Positions 1 to 10,411 of a stretch of DNA of 64,000 nt are shown here, piece by piece. Source of the stretch: Nitrosopumilus sp. (GTDB lineage Archaea > Thermoproteota > Nitrososphaeria > Nitrososphaerales > Nitrosopumilaceae). The number at the start of each line of letters is the position of its first letter. Within the stretch, counting starts at the first letter, position 1. A program made the translations under genes and the position numbers. The notes beneath the pieces were generated by a model. It made no database searches. It saw only the letters and a list, made by a program, of their open reading frames with translations, and was not told the DNA's origin. The stretch spans positions 1,312,001 through 1,376,000 of the forward strand of contig OZ250186.1 of assembly GCA_965238275.1 (NCBI GenBank), given 5' to 3'.

Positions 1-62
1 GATTACACGGAATGTCAACAACATTTTAAAAATCCTTTTTAGATGATTAGTTACACGTTCAA

Positions 63-260
63 ATGATGGACTGTAAAAGGTGCCATGATGAAGCCAAATG
101 CGTGTGTGACAGCTGCAACGTGGATCTCTGCCACCATTGCCACGAGACTTGCGCAATCTGCGAGAAGCCCGTGTGTGGTAAATGCTGGTTCTCCAAACAC
201 AGGCATACGGCAGCTGAGATATCGGTAGCGCCGCCATACATGGCCGTACCGTACAAATAA
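63..260 (+). CDS. Small Cys/His-rich zinc-finger protein
   Basis: 65 aa with repeated CxxC/CxxCH motifs; AT-rich upstream region. Confidence 0.65.
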   Translation: MMDCKRCHDEAKCVCDSCNVDLCHHCHETCAICEKPVCGKCWFSKHRHTAAEISVAPPYMAVPYK

Positions 261-392
261 GATCAATTCGGGTGGGTCCCCCAAGAAAGGGTTGTTGGAG
301 AGCGAACGCTCACCGGAGCACTGTGGGCTGGTAAGCGCCTCCTGGAAAATACAGCCATAAAGACTCTTTTTACCCAGTACACGTGATGCACC

Positions 393-473
393 ATGGATAA
401 CCCAAAGGTTGCCCTGATAGGGGGGTTTGTCATAGTGGTTGTGCTGTCTGTGGCAGTTATCCTGATTCGATAA
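393..473 (+). CDS. Putative 26-aa single-TM micropeptide
   Basis: Own translation MDNPKVALIGGFVIVVVLSVAVILIR; T-rich element about 20-25 bp upstream. Confidence 0.4.
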   Translation: MDNPKVALIGGFVIVVVLSVAVILIR

Positions 474-474
474 A

Positions 475-1140
475 TCAGTTCTCGTCAAGAAGCCTCTGAA
501 TCATTCCGTCGATGTGCCCTGACTGGCCAAACGACACGTCCCTGAGAATTCCCCTTCTGTCGACTAGGATTGTCGAAGGCGTGCCCCGCAACGCAAACTT
601 CTCAAAGGTCTCTGCCGAATACTCCTTTGATCTCATGTAGTCCCTTACCCTTTCAATGACCTGGTTTCTGTAATCCTCCGGATGCGAGTCAAACTCCGGA
701 ATCTGCGGATAGATAAACTCCATGATCTTCTCCATGCTGACCTCCCCTCCGGTCTTTGTAAGGCTGTCCATCCCGAGCGGAAACGGAATGCTGTATGCAA
801 GCTTGTCGCCATCCTTGAGCTGCCCGTACGTGGCAAGCGCCTTTTTTGTCTCTCCTACCACCGTGCCTTTCTCTGCAAGCAGCCTTAGGTTCTCCAGCGT
901 ATTCTTGTCAAAATCCTCAAAGGCAGTGGCCATGCCCAGTACGCGTACCCCCTCATCCTTGTATTTGTTGTAGACGCTGATTGCCTCGGGAATCGCATGC
1001 ATAAAGCAGCCCGGGCAGTTGACCTGAAACACCTCCAACATCACGATGTGATCCTTTTCCCGGTCAAAATTTGTAGGAGCCCCCTGTACCCATTCTGAGA
1101 CCTTAAAGTTTGGCACCATGCTGCCTATCACTGCGCTCAT
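475..1140 (-). CDS. TlpA/redoxin-family thioredoxin-fold protein
   Basis: FQVNCPGC CxxC motif and GTPSTILVDRRG motif. Confidence 0.8.
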   Translation of the reverse strand: MSAVIGSMVPNFKVSEWVQGAPTNFDREKDHIVMLEVFQVNCPGCFMHAIPEAISVYNKYKDEGVRVLGMATAFEDFDKNTLENLRLLAEKGTVVGETKKALATYGQLKDGDKLAYSIPFPLGMDSLTKTGGEVSMEKIMEFIYPQIPEFDSHPEDYRNQVIERVRDYMRSKEYSAETFEKFALRGTPSTILVDRRGILRDVSFGQSGHIDGMIQRLLDEN

Positions 1141-1299
1141 AGATCTGCTGTATAGTTTTTACATTAAATATATACCTCCTCTCTATGGGGGCATGACCTG
1201 CATGTCTGGTAGGGTGCTATCCTGAGTGGCATCCGGAACGGCGTATCCCTACCTGCCTTCAAGTAGCCTAATATATGCCACTGAAAATCTCAAAATAAA

Positions 1300-1788
1300 T
1301 TGCAGGTTGTAACTGACGAGCGGATGAAGGTATTTGCCGAGATGGAGTCAAGGTACGAGCAAAAGGACACCCAGTATTTTGTAAACCTCCTGAACCATTC
1401 TGACTATGTGGTCAGGACGCGGGCAACATGCATTCTGGTGGATTTTGGCGGGGAGGACAAGATTCCGTATATCGCGCAGGTTCTCAAGCATGATGAAAAC
1501 GAACTTGTCCGGCACGAGGCCGCGTTCTCGCTGGGCCAGATGTGCTATTCCGGTTCCATACCCCCGTTGAGTGATGCAACCCTCAACGATCCAAGCATGT
1601 TTGTACGGCACGAGGCTGCAATTGCCTTGGGCGTGGTAGGCTCAAGGGAGGCAAAGGATACTCTTGAAAAGGCCCTTGGTGATTCTGATGCGCCGGTGGT
1701 AGAGTCGGCAGTGGTTGCCTTGTCCAACATACGGTTCATGGAAACGTTAAGTAAGAACGAAAAGTTTGCAAAACTAACAGGTGGTTAA
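1300..1788 (+). CDS. HEAT-repeat (PBS lyase-like) protein
   Basis: Repeated VRHEAAxxLG motifs. Confidence 0.85.
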   Translation: MQVVTDERMKVFAEMESRYEQKDTQYFVNLLNHSDYVVRTRATCILVDFGGEDKIPYIAQVLKHDENELVRHEAAFSLGQMCYSGSIPPLSDATLNDPSMFVRHEAAIALGVVGSREAKDTLEKALGDSDAPVVESAVVALSNIRFMETLSKNEKFAKLTGG

Positions 1789-1789
1789 G

Positions 1790-2311
1790 ATGAATTTCTC
1801 CTATGGTATAATTGCTGCAGTCGGAATTCTTGTTGCCATCTCTCTGGGGTTCATTGCCATCTCGCCAGACGATGTCATTGAACCGCGCATAGTCAGCGAA
1901 CCCACATTCTGCCCTGCAGAACTGGATCCCGTATGCGGCCTTGATGACCAGACCTATGACAACATGTGCATGATGGGTGAGGCCGGCGCCAGGCTGGATC
2001 ATAAGGGCCGGTGCGTTCCCATCGTGATCATCCCGGCAGGGACATCTCTACCCGGATGTGAAGCAACCGACGAGTGCTTTGTGCCTTCTGCCATTACCAT
2101 CTCTGCCGGCGAGGCTCTTGTATGGGAGAGCGAGGACAACGCTGCACATACTGTAACGTACGGTGATCCGCAGACGTTTCCCGAGCCAATATTTGACTCC
2201 GGACTGCTCCCACCAGGTGGCTCGTACGAATTTACATTTGCCGATGCAGGAACCTATGACTACTTTTGCATAGTTCATCCATGGATGCTTGGAGTGGTCA
2301 CCGTAGAGTGA
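1790..2311 (+). CDS. Membrane-anchored Kazal-like + cupredoxin fusion protein
   Basis: N-terminal TM; CPAELDPVCG..TYDNMC Kazal-like motif; HTVT and YFCIVHPWM type-1 copper ligands. Confidence 0.8.
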   Translation: MNFSYGIIAAVGILVAISLGFIAISPDDVIEPRIVSEPTFCPAELDPVCGLDDQTYDNMCMMGEAGARLDHKGRCVPIVIIPAGTSLPGCEATDECFVPSAITISAGEALVWESEDNAAHTVTYGDPQTFPEPIFDSGLLPPGGSYEFTFADAGTYDYFCIVHPWMLGVVTVE

Positions 2312-2445
2312 GATCCGGCCTCGACGGAATTGGCCTTGTCCTCCCGTAGTACTGCTGCCGCCGCATTCTGAACTGCGACAGCCGGACGTTCGGTTCATCA
2401 GTTATCCAAAGATTCATAAACTGAAATTTAGGAAAACAGCACACA

Positions 2446-3033
2446 GTGTTTTCAATATCCACCCTAGTTGATGTTGTACGAATTCCGCCCAACCTCTTTG
2501 AGACTACACTCAAGAAGGCGGCAATGAACATACTGAAGGAAAAGTACGAGAGCATGATTAATGCAGAGCTTGGATACATCATCATGATTCTGGATGCCAA
2601 GGTGGATGACATGGGCAAGATGATTGCAGGGGATGGCGGAACATTCCACAAGGTCCAGTTCGAAGCGCTTACGTTTTATCCAAAACTGCAGGAGATCGTC
2701 CAGGGCGAGATCGTCGACATTACCGACTTTGGCGCGTTTGTCCGAATCGGCCCAACAGATGCACTGCTCCATCTCTCACAGGTAATGGACGACTACCTGA
2801 AGAGCGACGTAAAGTCCGGAATGATTCTGGCCAACCAGAGCGGAAGAACACTCAAGGTGGGCTCAACAATCCGCGCAAGAATAACTGCCGTATCGCTAGG
2901 CAAGGCTGCAACGATGGGCAAGATTGGCATCACGTGCAGGCAGCCGTTCCTGGGGGCGGACAGCTGGATTGCAGAAGAGATCCAAAAGTCGGATGCAGAG
3001 GCGGACAGGTCTGCAAATGCCGAGGTAAGCTGA
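2446..3033 (+). CDS. rpoE1: DNA-directed RNA polymerase subunit E' (Rpo7)
   Basis: VVRIPP N-terminus, S1 domain FGAFVRIGPTDALLHLSQ, adjacent to spt4. Confidence 0.95.
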   Translation: MFSISTLVDVVRIPPNLFETTLKKAAMNILKEKYESMINAELGYIIMILDAKVDDMGKMIAGDGGTFHKVQFEALTFYPKLQEIVQGEIVDITDFGAFVRIGPTDALLHLSQVMDDYLKSDVKSGMILANQSGRTLKVGSTIRARITAVSLGKAATMGKIGITCRQPFLGADSWIAEEIQKSDAEADRSANAEVS

Positions 3034-3034
3034 G

Positions 3035-3223
3035 ATGGCACGTGAAATGGCATGCAGAAAGTGCAAGTTTGTCACAATCGGAAGGGTATGCCCTGTCTGC
3101 AAGTCCTCTGATCTGACGCCTGACTGGAACGGGATAGTCTTCGTAGTGGATCCTACAAACTCTGAGATTTCAAAGACCCTTGGCATTACCAAGAAGGGCA
3201 AGTACGCCATAAAGGTGACATAG
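3035..3223 (+). CDS. spt4: Transcription elongation factor Spt4 (RpoE'')
   Basis: ACRKC..CPVC zinc finger, WNG, GKYAIKV. Confidence 0.95.
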   Translation: MAREMACRKCKFVTIGRVCPVCKSSDLTPDWNGIVFVVDPTNSEISKTLGITKKGKYAIKVT

Positions 3224-3261
3224 CGGGAACTCAAATATTTAAAATCCTCCAAGAACTCATA

Positions 3262-4083
3262 ATGACATTGTCGTCTGATACCAAAAGACAGCTGGCGCAG
3301 TTTCTTGCAGAGGATGTCGGAACCGGTGACATTACAGGTGCGCTTCTGCCCAAAAAGCAGATTCGTGCCAGAATAATATCCCGGGAGGATGCAGTGCTTG
3401 CAGGCACGGTGCATGCAAGGGACCTGTTTGGGATGGCAGGGTGCAGGGCAAGAATCCTTGTAAAGGACGGCTCGCCAATCCGGACCAATCAGACTGTGAT
3501 GACTGTTGCCGGTGATGCTGCAGACGTTTTGGCATGCGAGAGGACCGCCCTGAACCTGCTTGCAAGAATGAGCGGGATTGCAACCCAGACTGACCAGATG
3601 GTTCGGAGGATTCCAGACGGGACGCTTTTGTATGCAACAAGAAAGACTGCTCCCGGGCTGCGATACTTTGACAAGGAGGCAGTCCAGGCAGGCGGCGGCC
3701 GGCCGCACCGGCTCCGGCTTGACGAGATGGTCATGATAAAGGACAACCACATCGCTGCCGGCGGCTCCCTTTTGTCACTGATCAGGGAGGCAAGAAAGAC
3801 GCATGATACATTCGAAGTCGAGGTGGAAAATGCCGATGATGCCGTTCTTGCCGCAAGGGAGGGGGCCGCAATCGTAATGCTGGACAACTTTACCCCGGCG
3901 CAGATCAAAAGAACCATCCGGATTCTCAAGGATCAGGGACTCCGGGACGGCGTACGGCTGGAGGCGTCCGGCGGAATCACGCCGGGCAACATCTCAAGGT
4001 ATGCCGGTACCGGAGTCGATATCATCTCTGCCGGTTCCATTACAAACTCTGTCAGGTGCATCGACATGAGTCTAGAGATCTGA
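3262..4083 (+). CDS. nadC: Nicotinate-nucleotide pyrophosphorylase (quinolinate phosphoribosyltransferase)
   Basis: EDVGTGDIT, TRKTAPGLR, IKDNH, EASGGI motifs. Confidence 0.95.
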   Translation: MTLSSDTKRQLAQFLAEDVGTGDITGALLPKKQIRARIISREDAVLAGTVHARDLFGMAGCRARILVKDGSPIRTNQTVMTVAGDAADVLACERTALNLLARMSGIATQTDQMVRRIPDGTLLYATRKTAPGLRYFDKEAVQAGGGRPHRLRLDEMVMIKDNHIAAGGSLLSLIREARKTHDTFEVEVENADDAVLAAREGAAIVMLDNFTPAQIKRTIRILKDQGLRDGVRLEASGGITPGNISRYAGTGVDIISAGSITNSVRCIDMSLEI

Positions 4084-4479
4084 TTCTGCCTGTCGCAGCA
4101 GTTCTGCCACTGCCTTGTTCTTTGGATCAACCTCCTGAATCTTCTTACAACACAGGACTGCCTGCTTCATCTGGCCCAGCCTGTGGTGGGAGTGCGCCTT
4201 GAGCAGCAGCGCCTCTGTGTCATACGAGCCAATCTCAAGGGCCCTGTCAAGATACGTTATGGCCGTCTTGTACCTCTTTTTCATGTAGTATATTCCGCCG
4301 ATGGTAAACAGGACGTCCTGGTTTCCCGGCACCCTTTTTAGATATTCCGTGCCTGACCTGACTGCCTCGTCGTATTTTTCATCCCTGACAAGCTTTTTGA
4401 ACTCCTTTATCCTCCTTATATTCTCCTTCCTGTGGGGATCTGCAGGCCTGCCAAACAATCCTGTCATGGCCACATACAC
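4072..4479 (-). CDS. TPR-repeat protein
   Basis: TPR-like helical repeats. Confidence 0.75.
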   Translation of the reverse strand: MYVAMTGLFGRPADPHRKENIRRIKEFKKLVRDEKYDEAVRSGTEYLKRVPGNQDVLFTIGGIYYMKKRYKTAITYLDRALEIGSYDTEALLLKAHSHHRLGQMKQAVLCCKKIQEVDPKNKAVAELLRQAESDL

Positions 4480-4483
4480 GGTC

Positions 4484-5440
4484 CTAGCTTATCTCAAGCA
4501 TCCTGTTGATTGCCCGGCGTGCCTTCCTGGCAATGTCTGCAGGTACGGTAACGGCATATCTTTCGTTGACCAGTGCATCGTGCACCTTTTCAAGCGTGAT
4601 CATCTTCATGTACTGGCATTCGGCCTTTTCTGATGCGGGAACAAAGGTCTTGCCAGGATTCTGCTGTCTCATCCTGTACAGTATGCCTGTCTCGGTGGCG
4701 ACTACGAACCTGCTTGCCTTTGATCTGCTGACATGATTAAGCATGCCCTCTGTGGACAGGATGGACACGTTCCTGTCCCCGAAGCCGCCTGTTGCCGCAT
4801 CATACATCATGGGCGTGGTGCAGCTGCATTCTGGATGTATGACAAACTCTGCATCCCTCATCGAGTCCAGCTTTCTGGTGATGTCCTGCGGGGTGATTCC
4901 GGCGTGGACGTGGCACTCCCCTGCCCATATCTTCATGTTCTTCCTGCCCGTCATCCTTGCAACGTAGGAGCCAAGGAACATGTCTGGCAGGAACAGGATC
5001 TCCCTGTCCTCTGGAATAGCCCTGATAACGTTTACCGCGTTTGACGAGGTACAGCAGTAGTCAAGCTCTGCCTTGATCTCCGCAGTAGTGTTGACATACC
5101 CTACAGATATGGCTCCGGGATGCTGCCTCTTCCAGTCCCTCAACTCCTTGACTGTGATGGAGTCTGACAGGGAACACCCTGCCTCCGGATCCGGAATCAG
5201 CACCCGCTTTTCGGGGCTGATGATTGCCGCAGTCTCTGCCATAAAGTTCACGCCGCAGAACAGGATGGTCTTTTGTGGAACGGTTGCAGCCTGCCTTGAG
5301 AGGCCAAGCGAATCGCCTGTAAAGTCTGCCACATCCTGGACATCGGGAATCTGGTAGTTGTGTGCAAGGATCACGACGTCCTTTTCCCTCTTGAGTCTTT
5401 GAATTTCGTCTTTCAATTGTGAAGACTGCTGTACGAGCAT
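4484..5440 (-). CDS. nadA: Quinolinate synthase
   Basis: LAHNYQ, FCGVNFMAE, AGCSL, YVNTTA, HPEC, CQYMK motifs. Confidence 0.96.
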   Translation of the reverse strand: MLVQQSSQLKDEIQRLKREKDVVILAHNYQIPDVQDVADFTGDSLGLSRQAATVPQKTILFCGVNFMAETAAIISPEKRVLIPDPEAGCSLSDSITVKELRDWKRQHPGAISVGYVNTTAEIKAELDYCCTSSNAVNVIRAIPEDREILFLPDMFLGSYVARMTGRKNMKIWAGECHVHAGITPQDITRKLDSMRDAEFVIHPECSCTTPMMYDAATGGFGDRNVSILSTEGMLNHVSRSKASRFVVATETGILYRMRQQNPGKTFVPASEKAECQYMKMITLEKVHDALVNERYAVTVPADIARKARRAINRMLEIS

Positions 5441-5531
5441 GCCTTATCCATTTGAATCCGAGGGGATTTAAAGAGTGGGAAATAGTCAATTATTCTCAAA
5501 AAACCCCTCCAGTGTGGCAATAATTGCCATA

Positions 5532-6350
5532 TCATGTGCCTATCCGGATTTCGTCTGAGCAGTACTCCCTCAGGGTCTCGATTGCAGACAGGGTTGCCAG
5601 CCTGCTTGTCTTGGGGTTCTGCGGATCCGGAACGTTGCGTATCGTAAATGACATGCTCCCGAATTTTCCGACGGCCTCTATGTGGTGGGTGTTCCTGTCA
5701 GTGTTGGGGTCTGCAATTATTCTTACCGTGGTCCTGTCGCTGCCTATCCCTGACAGCGACAGCAGGGCTGCAACGTTGATGTTTGCAGGAAACATGCGTA
5801 CTGCCTGTCCTGCGGTTCCCTCAAATATCGCAGTTGCAGAGTCGATACCGTCAGGATCAATCCCGGACTCCTCAAAGAACCTTGCCCCCTTCAAAGATGA
5901 CGGGTGCTTTGTGGTGGTAATGCAAACGCTGTCCAGCTCGTCCCGGACCGCCCTTATTGCGTCCAGCCCCGCAATCGCGCCTGACGGCAGAAGGATGGTC
6001 CGCGAAAAGTCCCCGCATGCCTCTGAGAGCACCTCGTGGATCGACTCGTCAAGCAGCGCACCCACGCTCATTACCATCAGGTCCCTCCTGTTCTGCAGGA
6101 CGCTCAGGGCCACATCCCTGACTGCATCCTGGGATGCAGCCTCCACCACGATGTCTACCGGATGCGATGAGAGGAGGTGGGGGTTTTCAACTATTACGGG
6201 CCTGCTCTTGAGTCGTCCTGCCAGCCGGGCAGAAGCCTCCCTTGATTCATCATACACGTGTGTAAGGGTCGCAGGAATCCTTCCCGAATCTATTGCCAGC
6301 GCGATTCGGGTTCCTATTGCACCGCAGCCCAGCAGGCCGATTCTCTTCAA
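5532..6350 (-). CDS. nadX: L-aspartate dehydrogenase
   Basis: GCGAIG Rossmann motif, VEAAS, FPANINVA, NPKTS; next to nadA. Confidence 0.92.
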   Translation of the reverse strand: MKRIGLLGCGAIGTRIALAIDSGRIPATLTHVYDESREASARLAGRLKSRPVIVENPHLLSSHPVDIVVEAASQDAVRDVALSVLQNRRDLMVMSVGALLDESIHEVLSEACGDFSRTILLPSGAIAGLDAIRAVRDELDSVCITTTKHPSSLKGARFFEESGIDPDGIDSATAIFEGTAGQAVRMFPANINVAALLSLSGIGSDRTTVRIIADPNTDRNTHHIEAVGKFGSMSFTIRNVPDPQNPKTSRLATLSAIETLREYCSDEIRIGT

Positions 6351-6499
6351 ACACCGGGATTGGGGACTGCTGTCTAATTAACCCTAGCTGGGATGCGGCA
6401 CCCGTTGATGGCGAATGCCTGGCCCAATCTCTGTTCAGTCCCTCCTGGCGGTGACATCCTTGGGCAAATGTTATACAACCTGAACACGGCTGACTCGTT

Positions 6500-7588
6500 A
6501 TGAGTGAAAACCCCCTGGAAAACTTGGTTGCAGATCTTGGCACCTGCCTGTCAGGTAGGAAGCATTCGGACGTCATACTGGGCAAGGATGATGCCGGACA
6601 GACCTATCCACTCATACCATCAGAATTCTCAGAGATAAGACCCGCTGAGACATCACGCAAGATGGCATTTGTCGACGGCGGCAACGGACTGCTGGCAGAG
6701 TCGGCAAACCATCTGATTACGGTTAACCGTGTGTATTTTTCCCTGTTTCAGGGAAGTAGGAGAGTCGCGCCGGTCTGTGGCCCGCGCATCCAGTTCTTCT
6801 CCTATGTGGTGTTGGATACGCCTGATACGGGCATCACATACAGCACAAGGCTGTTTCCGTACACAGACAACGACAGGAGGTTTCTTCCTGACGAGTCTGC
6901 CCTGTCCTCAAAGATCGAAGGAAACTCCGTACTTGACAGTTCAAGGTTCAGCTCCCTGAGCAGGAGGTTTGCCGAATGGCAGATGGCAATCCGCGTAGTA
7001 GAGTCCGAGCTGGAGGCAGGAGACATGCTGGTCATGGACGGCTCCCTGCAGACCAGTTTTGAAAACGAGGCGCAATACGCAGACAGGCTGTACCGGGCGG
7101 CGCAGGACAAGGGCGTAATAGTGTGCGGACTGGCAAAGACAAGCCGGCTGGTTACCAAGTCCGGCCACCCGCTCCTTGCAAGGGTTGCAGAGATTGCAAG
7201 GGACGTTCCGTATGGCAGCTGGTACGTGAAGGTGGCCGACAGGATCTCGCCTGACGGCAAAGAGTTCATGCTTGCAGTTAAATTCCACAATGAATCCAGA
7301 TTCGTCTTCAGGTTTGAGATACTCCGGGATCAATTCCACAGCATGACCCCTGATGATCTGGACTCGGTACTTGGCAGCCTGGCTGAAAACTCCCGGGATG
7401 TCTCCATGATTGGCTATCCATACGGCGCACTGGATGCAGACAGGTTTGCCCAGATACGCACAAACGAATTAAGCATGTACCGCAGACATGCCAAGATAGA
7501 GATGCTCAAGCGGCCCGAGTGGAAAATGATGCAAATGTATGATACCAGCCTGATGGCACATGACGTTTTGAATGGTGCAACCGTATGA
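6500..7588 (+). CDS. nurA: NurA nuclease (double-strand break resection)
   Basis: FVDGG, MDGSL, GLAKTS, GYPY motifs; operon with herA-mre11-rad50. Confidence 0.88.
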   Translation: MSENPLENLVADLGTCLSGRKHSDVILGKDDAGQTYPLIPSEFSEIRPAETSRKMAFVDGGNGLLAESANHLITVNRVYFSLFQGSRRVAPVCGPRIQFFSYVVLDTPDTGITYSTRLFPYTDNDRRFLPDESALSSKIEGNSVLDSSRFSSLSRRFAEWQMAIRVVESELEAGDMLVMDGSLQTSFENEAQYADRLYRAAQDKGVIVCGLAKTSRLVTKSGHPLLARVAEIARDVPYGSWYVKVADRISPDGKEFMLAVKFHNESRFVFRFEILRDQFHSMTPDDLDSVLGSLAENSRDVSMIGYPYGALDADRFAQIRTNELSMYRRHAKIEMLKRPEWKMMQMYDTSLMAHDVLNGATV

Positions 7589-9150
7589 ATGACGAAATAG
7601 TAGGGCAGGTGGTAGGCGGGGATTTTGGACGCATAATACTCCGGGAAAAGGACGGGGCAGGCATTGAGATTGGCAGCCTGCTGGTATCCCAGGAAGAGGA
7701 CTCGTTTCTAATCATGCAGGTATTTGACATGGAGTACGGCTCGCAGATACAGGAGGGGATGCGCCAGATGATGTCCGGCGTGAGCATGGAGCAGATAATT
7801 GATGCCAAGTTTTATGAGCCGGAATTTGTCAACTACGTCCTGGCCAAACTCAAGCCGCTTGCCCGGGTGGACAGGAATGACAAGGTCAGGATTCCAAAAT
7901 CACTTCCCACGTTCTTTAGCAGGCTGCGCCTGATCTCCTCTGACGACCTGAAGTTCCTGCAAAGGAACCGCGATTCAATCTTTGTAGGCAATATCCGGAG
8001 CGGAAGCACGTCCCTGGATGCCAAGGTCTGGCTGCCTGCACAGGATGTATTTTCACACCATGTGCTGATTCCTGCGGCCACGGGCAGGGGGAAGTCAAAC
8101 CTGATAAAGTGCATCCTGTGGAACGTACTTGACACAAACAATGTCGGCGTGCTGGTTCTTGATGCACACGATGAATATTATGGGCGGGGAAGGAAAGGCC
8201 TGAAGGATCATCTGAGGGCCACAGAAAATCTTGCATACTATACGCCGTCTGATCCGCCGCCGGGCGCCAGGCAGCTGACGATCAACTTGCAGTCAGTCGA
8301 ACCCGAACACTTTGAGGGGATTGTTGATTTTTCAGACGCGCAGCTTCAGGCAATCCGGACCGCATTTAGAAAGCACAAAAGGGACTGGATCAAGAAACTG
8401 ATGCAGGCGGATCCGTCCTCTGGCAGCATTGACGGGTCAGACTCCAGCCAGGGCGAGTTCAAGTCATCGACCCTGATGGTGGTTCAGAGGCGGCTACGCA
8501 TGCTTTTAAACCTGCACGTGGATGAGTCTGACACAGTCTCCTCCAGACATGAGGTGTTTGACGCTGACACGAGGGGCATGACGACTGTCAATGATATCGT
8601 AGACGAGATAGAGCAGGGCAGGGTGGTGGTTCTGGACACCTCTAGACTGGGAGACGAGGCAGAACTGATCGTCGGGAACATCATTGCAGACAGGCTGCTA
8701 CACCGGTACAAGGATGCAAAGGCAAGAGGCCAGCTGGACCACAAGCCGGTCGCCACCATAGTCATTGAGGAGGCGCCACGCGTCATAGGCAGCGACGTGC
8801 TGGCATCAAACGACAATGTCTATTCCACGATCGCCAAGGAGGGGCGCAAGTTCAAGGTGGGGCTTACGGCCATCACGCAGCTCTCCAGCGTAATACCCAA
8901 GACCATCCTTGCAAACATGAACACAAAGATAATTCTGGGCAACGAGATGAAGCAGGAGAGGGATGCGATAATCGCCTCTGCCTCGCAGGATCTGTCCGGC
9001 GATGACAAGAATATCGCAAGCCTGGACAAGGGGGAGGCAATAATTACAAGCATCTTTGTGCCGTTTGCCATGCCGATCAAGATTCCGCTCTTTGATGATC
9101 TGGTAAAAAGCCAGCAGCGCCCAAAACCTGAAAAGATTAAGGTGTTCTAG
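7585..9150 (+). CDS. herA: HerA helicase/ATPase
   Basis: HAS barrel N-terminus, Walker [24 protein letters not shown]. Confidence 0.92.
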   Translation: MNDEIVGQVVGGDFGRIILREKDGAGIEIGSLLVSQEEDSFLIMQVFDMEYGSQIQEGMRQMMSGVSMEQIIDAKFYEPEFVNYVLAKLKPLARVDRNDKVRIPKSLPTFFSRLRLISSDDLKFLQRNRDSIFVGNIRSGSTSLDAKVWLPAQDVFSHHVLIPAATGRGKSNLIKCILWNVLDTNNVGVLVLDAHDEYYGRGRKGLKDHLRATENLAYYTPSDPPPGARQLTINLQSVEPEHFEGIVDFSDAQLQAIRTAFRKHKRDWIKKLMQADPSSGSIDGSDSSQGEFKSSTLMVVQRRLRMLLNLHVDESDTVSSRHEVFDADTRGMTTVNDIVDEIEQGRVVVLDTSRLGDEAELIVGNIIADRLLHRYKDAKARGQLDHKPVATIVIEEAPRVIGSDVLASNDNVYSTIAKEGRKFKVGLTAITQLSSVIPKTILANMNTKIILGNEMKQERDAIIASASQDLSGDDKNIASLDKGEAIITSIFVPFAMPIKIPLFDDLVKSQQRPKPEKIKVF

Positions 9151-9151
9151 T

Positions 9152-10411
9152 TTGAGATTTGCACACATGTCTGACATTCATCTGGGATTTCAAAAAGAGT
9201 CCGCACTGCAGGACGTGGAACGGCGTGTCTTTGAGGACGCGCTTGACAGATGCATGTCCATGAATGTCGACTTTATCCTGATGCCCGGCGACATATTCCA
9301 TGTAAACATTCCCGAGATGCGCGTTCAAAAATACGCATTCACAAAGTTCCGGGAGGTATACGAGGCCGGAATCCCCGTCTATGTCGTGTATGGGAGCCAC
9401 GACTTTTCCCCGGTGTCAAACTCGGTAATCGACCTGCTGGCTGCTGCAGGCTACATAATCAAGGTTGCAAATGCCACGAGTAATGATGACGGGACGATAT
9501 CCCTTGGCTTCATATCCGATGAAAAGACAGGCGCCAGGATCACCGGCCTGTCCGGGCTCAAGGCCGGAAACGACAGGGAACACTACCAAAAACTTGACAG
9601 GGTTCCCCTAGAGTCGGAACCCGGATTCAAGATATTTCTGTTTCATGCAGGGATTGCAGAGATGAAGGGAGACAATACCAACGAGGGAGACCAGATGCCA
9701 CTGTCGCTGCTTCCAAGGGGATTCTCCTACTATGCCGGAGGCCACATGCACAAGAGCAGCCATCAGACATTTGAGAGATACCCGCATGTCGTCTACTCTG
9801 GAACCCCGTTTGCAGGCTACCACTCGGATCTGGAGCATAATGCCCGGGGGACGGAACGGGGATTTTACACAGTCGAGTTTGAAGACGATGTAAAGTCAGT
9901 CGAGTTTGTCACCCTGGAAAACACCCGGTGTGAACTGATAGAAATCGACGCAGATGACAAGCCCGTAGAGTCAGTAAACCAGAAATTGCGCCGGAGCATA
10001 GATGAAATTGATCCCACAGACAAGGTCGTGATAGTCAAGATTGCAGGCGAGATGACCAGTGGAAAGACTGCCGATGTGGACATCTCTGCTGCAAGAAGCA
10101 GCCTTGCACAAAGGGGATCGCTTGTATCACTGGTCAACAAGAACCAGCTAAAATCAAAGGAGTACGCCATCACGCAGGCAAACGGTACTGACCGCACGGA
10201 GATCGAGACCAACATATTTTCTGAAAACATAGGACAGCTCCGTCTTGATCAAAAGGATCTGCTAGGAGAGCAGGGCGTCGATCTTGCGCGAAGACTGCTT
10301 CGAAAGCTGGGAGAAGAACCGCTGGCCAATGAAAAGAAAAACACATACGCTGCAAGGATCCAAAACGACGCACTGGCGATTCTGGGACTGGACGGGAATG
10401 ATGATTCTTAA
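9152..10411 (+). CDS. mre11: Mre11 nuclease
   Basis: SDIHLG, GDIF, GSHD, GHMH metallophosphoesterase motifs. Confidence 0.93.
   Translation: MRFAHMSDIHLGFQKESALQDVERRVFEDALDRCMSMNVDFILMPGDIFHVNIPEMRVQKYAFTKFREVYEAGIPVYVVYGSHDFSPVSNSVIDLLAAAGYIIKVANATSNDDGTISLGFISDEKTGARITGLSGLKAGNDREHYQKLDRVPLESEPGFKIFLFHAGIAEMKGDNTNEGDQMPLSLLPRGFSYYAGGHMHKSSHQTFERYPHVVYSGTPFAGYHSDLEHNARGTERGFYTVEFEDDVKSVEFVTLENTRCELIEIDADDKPVESVNQKLRRSIDEIDPTDKVVIVKIAGEMTSGKTADVDISAARSSLAQRGSLVSLVNKNQLKSKEYAITQANGTDRTEIETNIFSENIGQLRLDQKDLLGEQGVDLARRLLRKLGEEPLANEKKNTYAARIQNDALAILGLDGNDDS

Noticed and set aside
261-392. Intergenic stretch with local hairpins as a known ncRNA
   Set aside because: No tRNA, SRP, RNase P or riboswitch consensus that I could match.
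3262-6350. NAD pathway using aspartate dehydrogenase instead of NadB
   Set aside because: Established alternative route in archaea.
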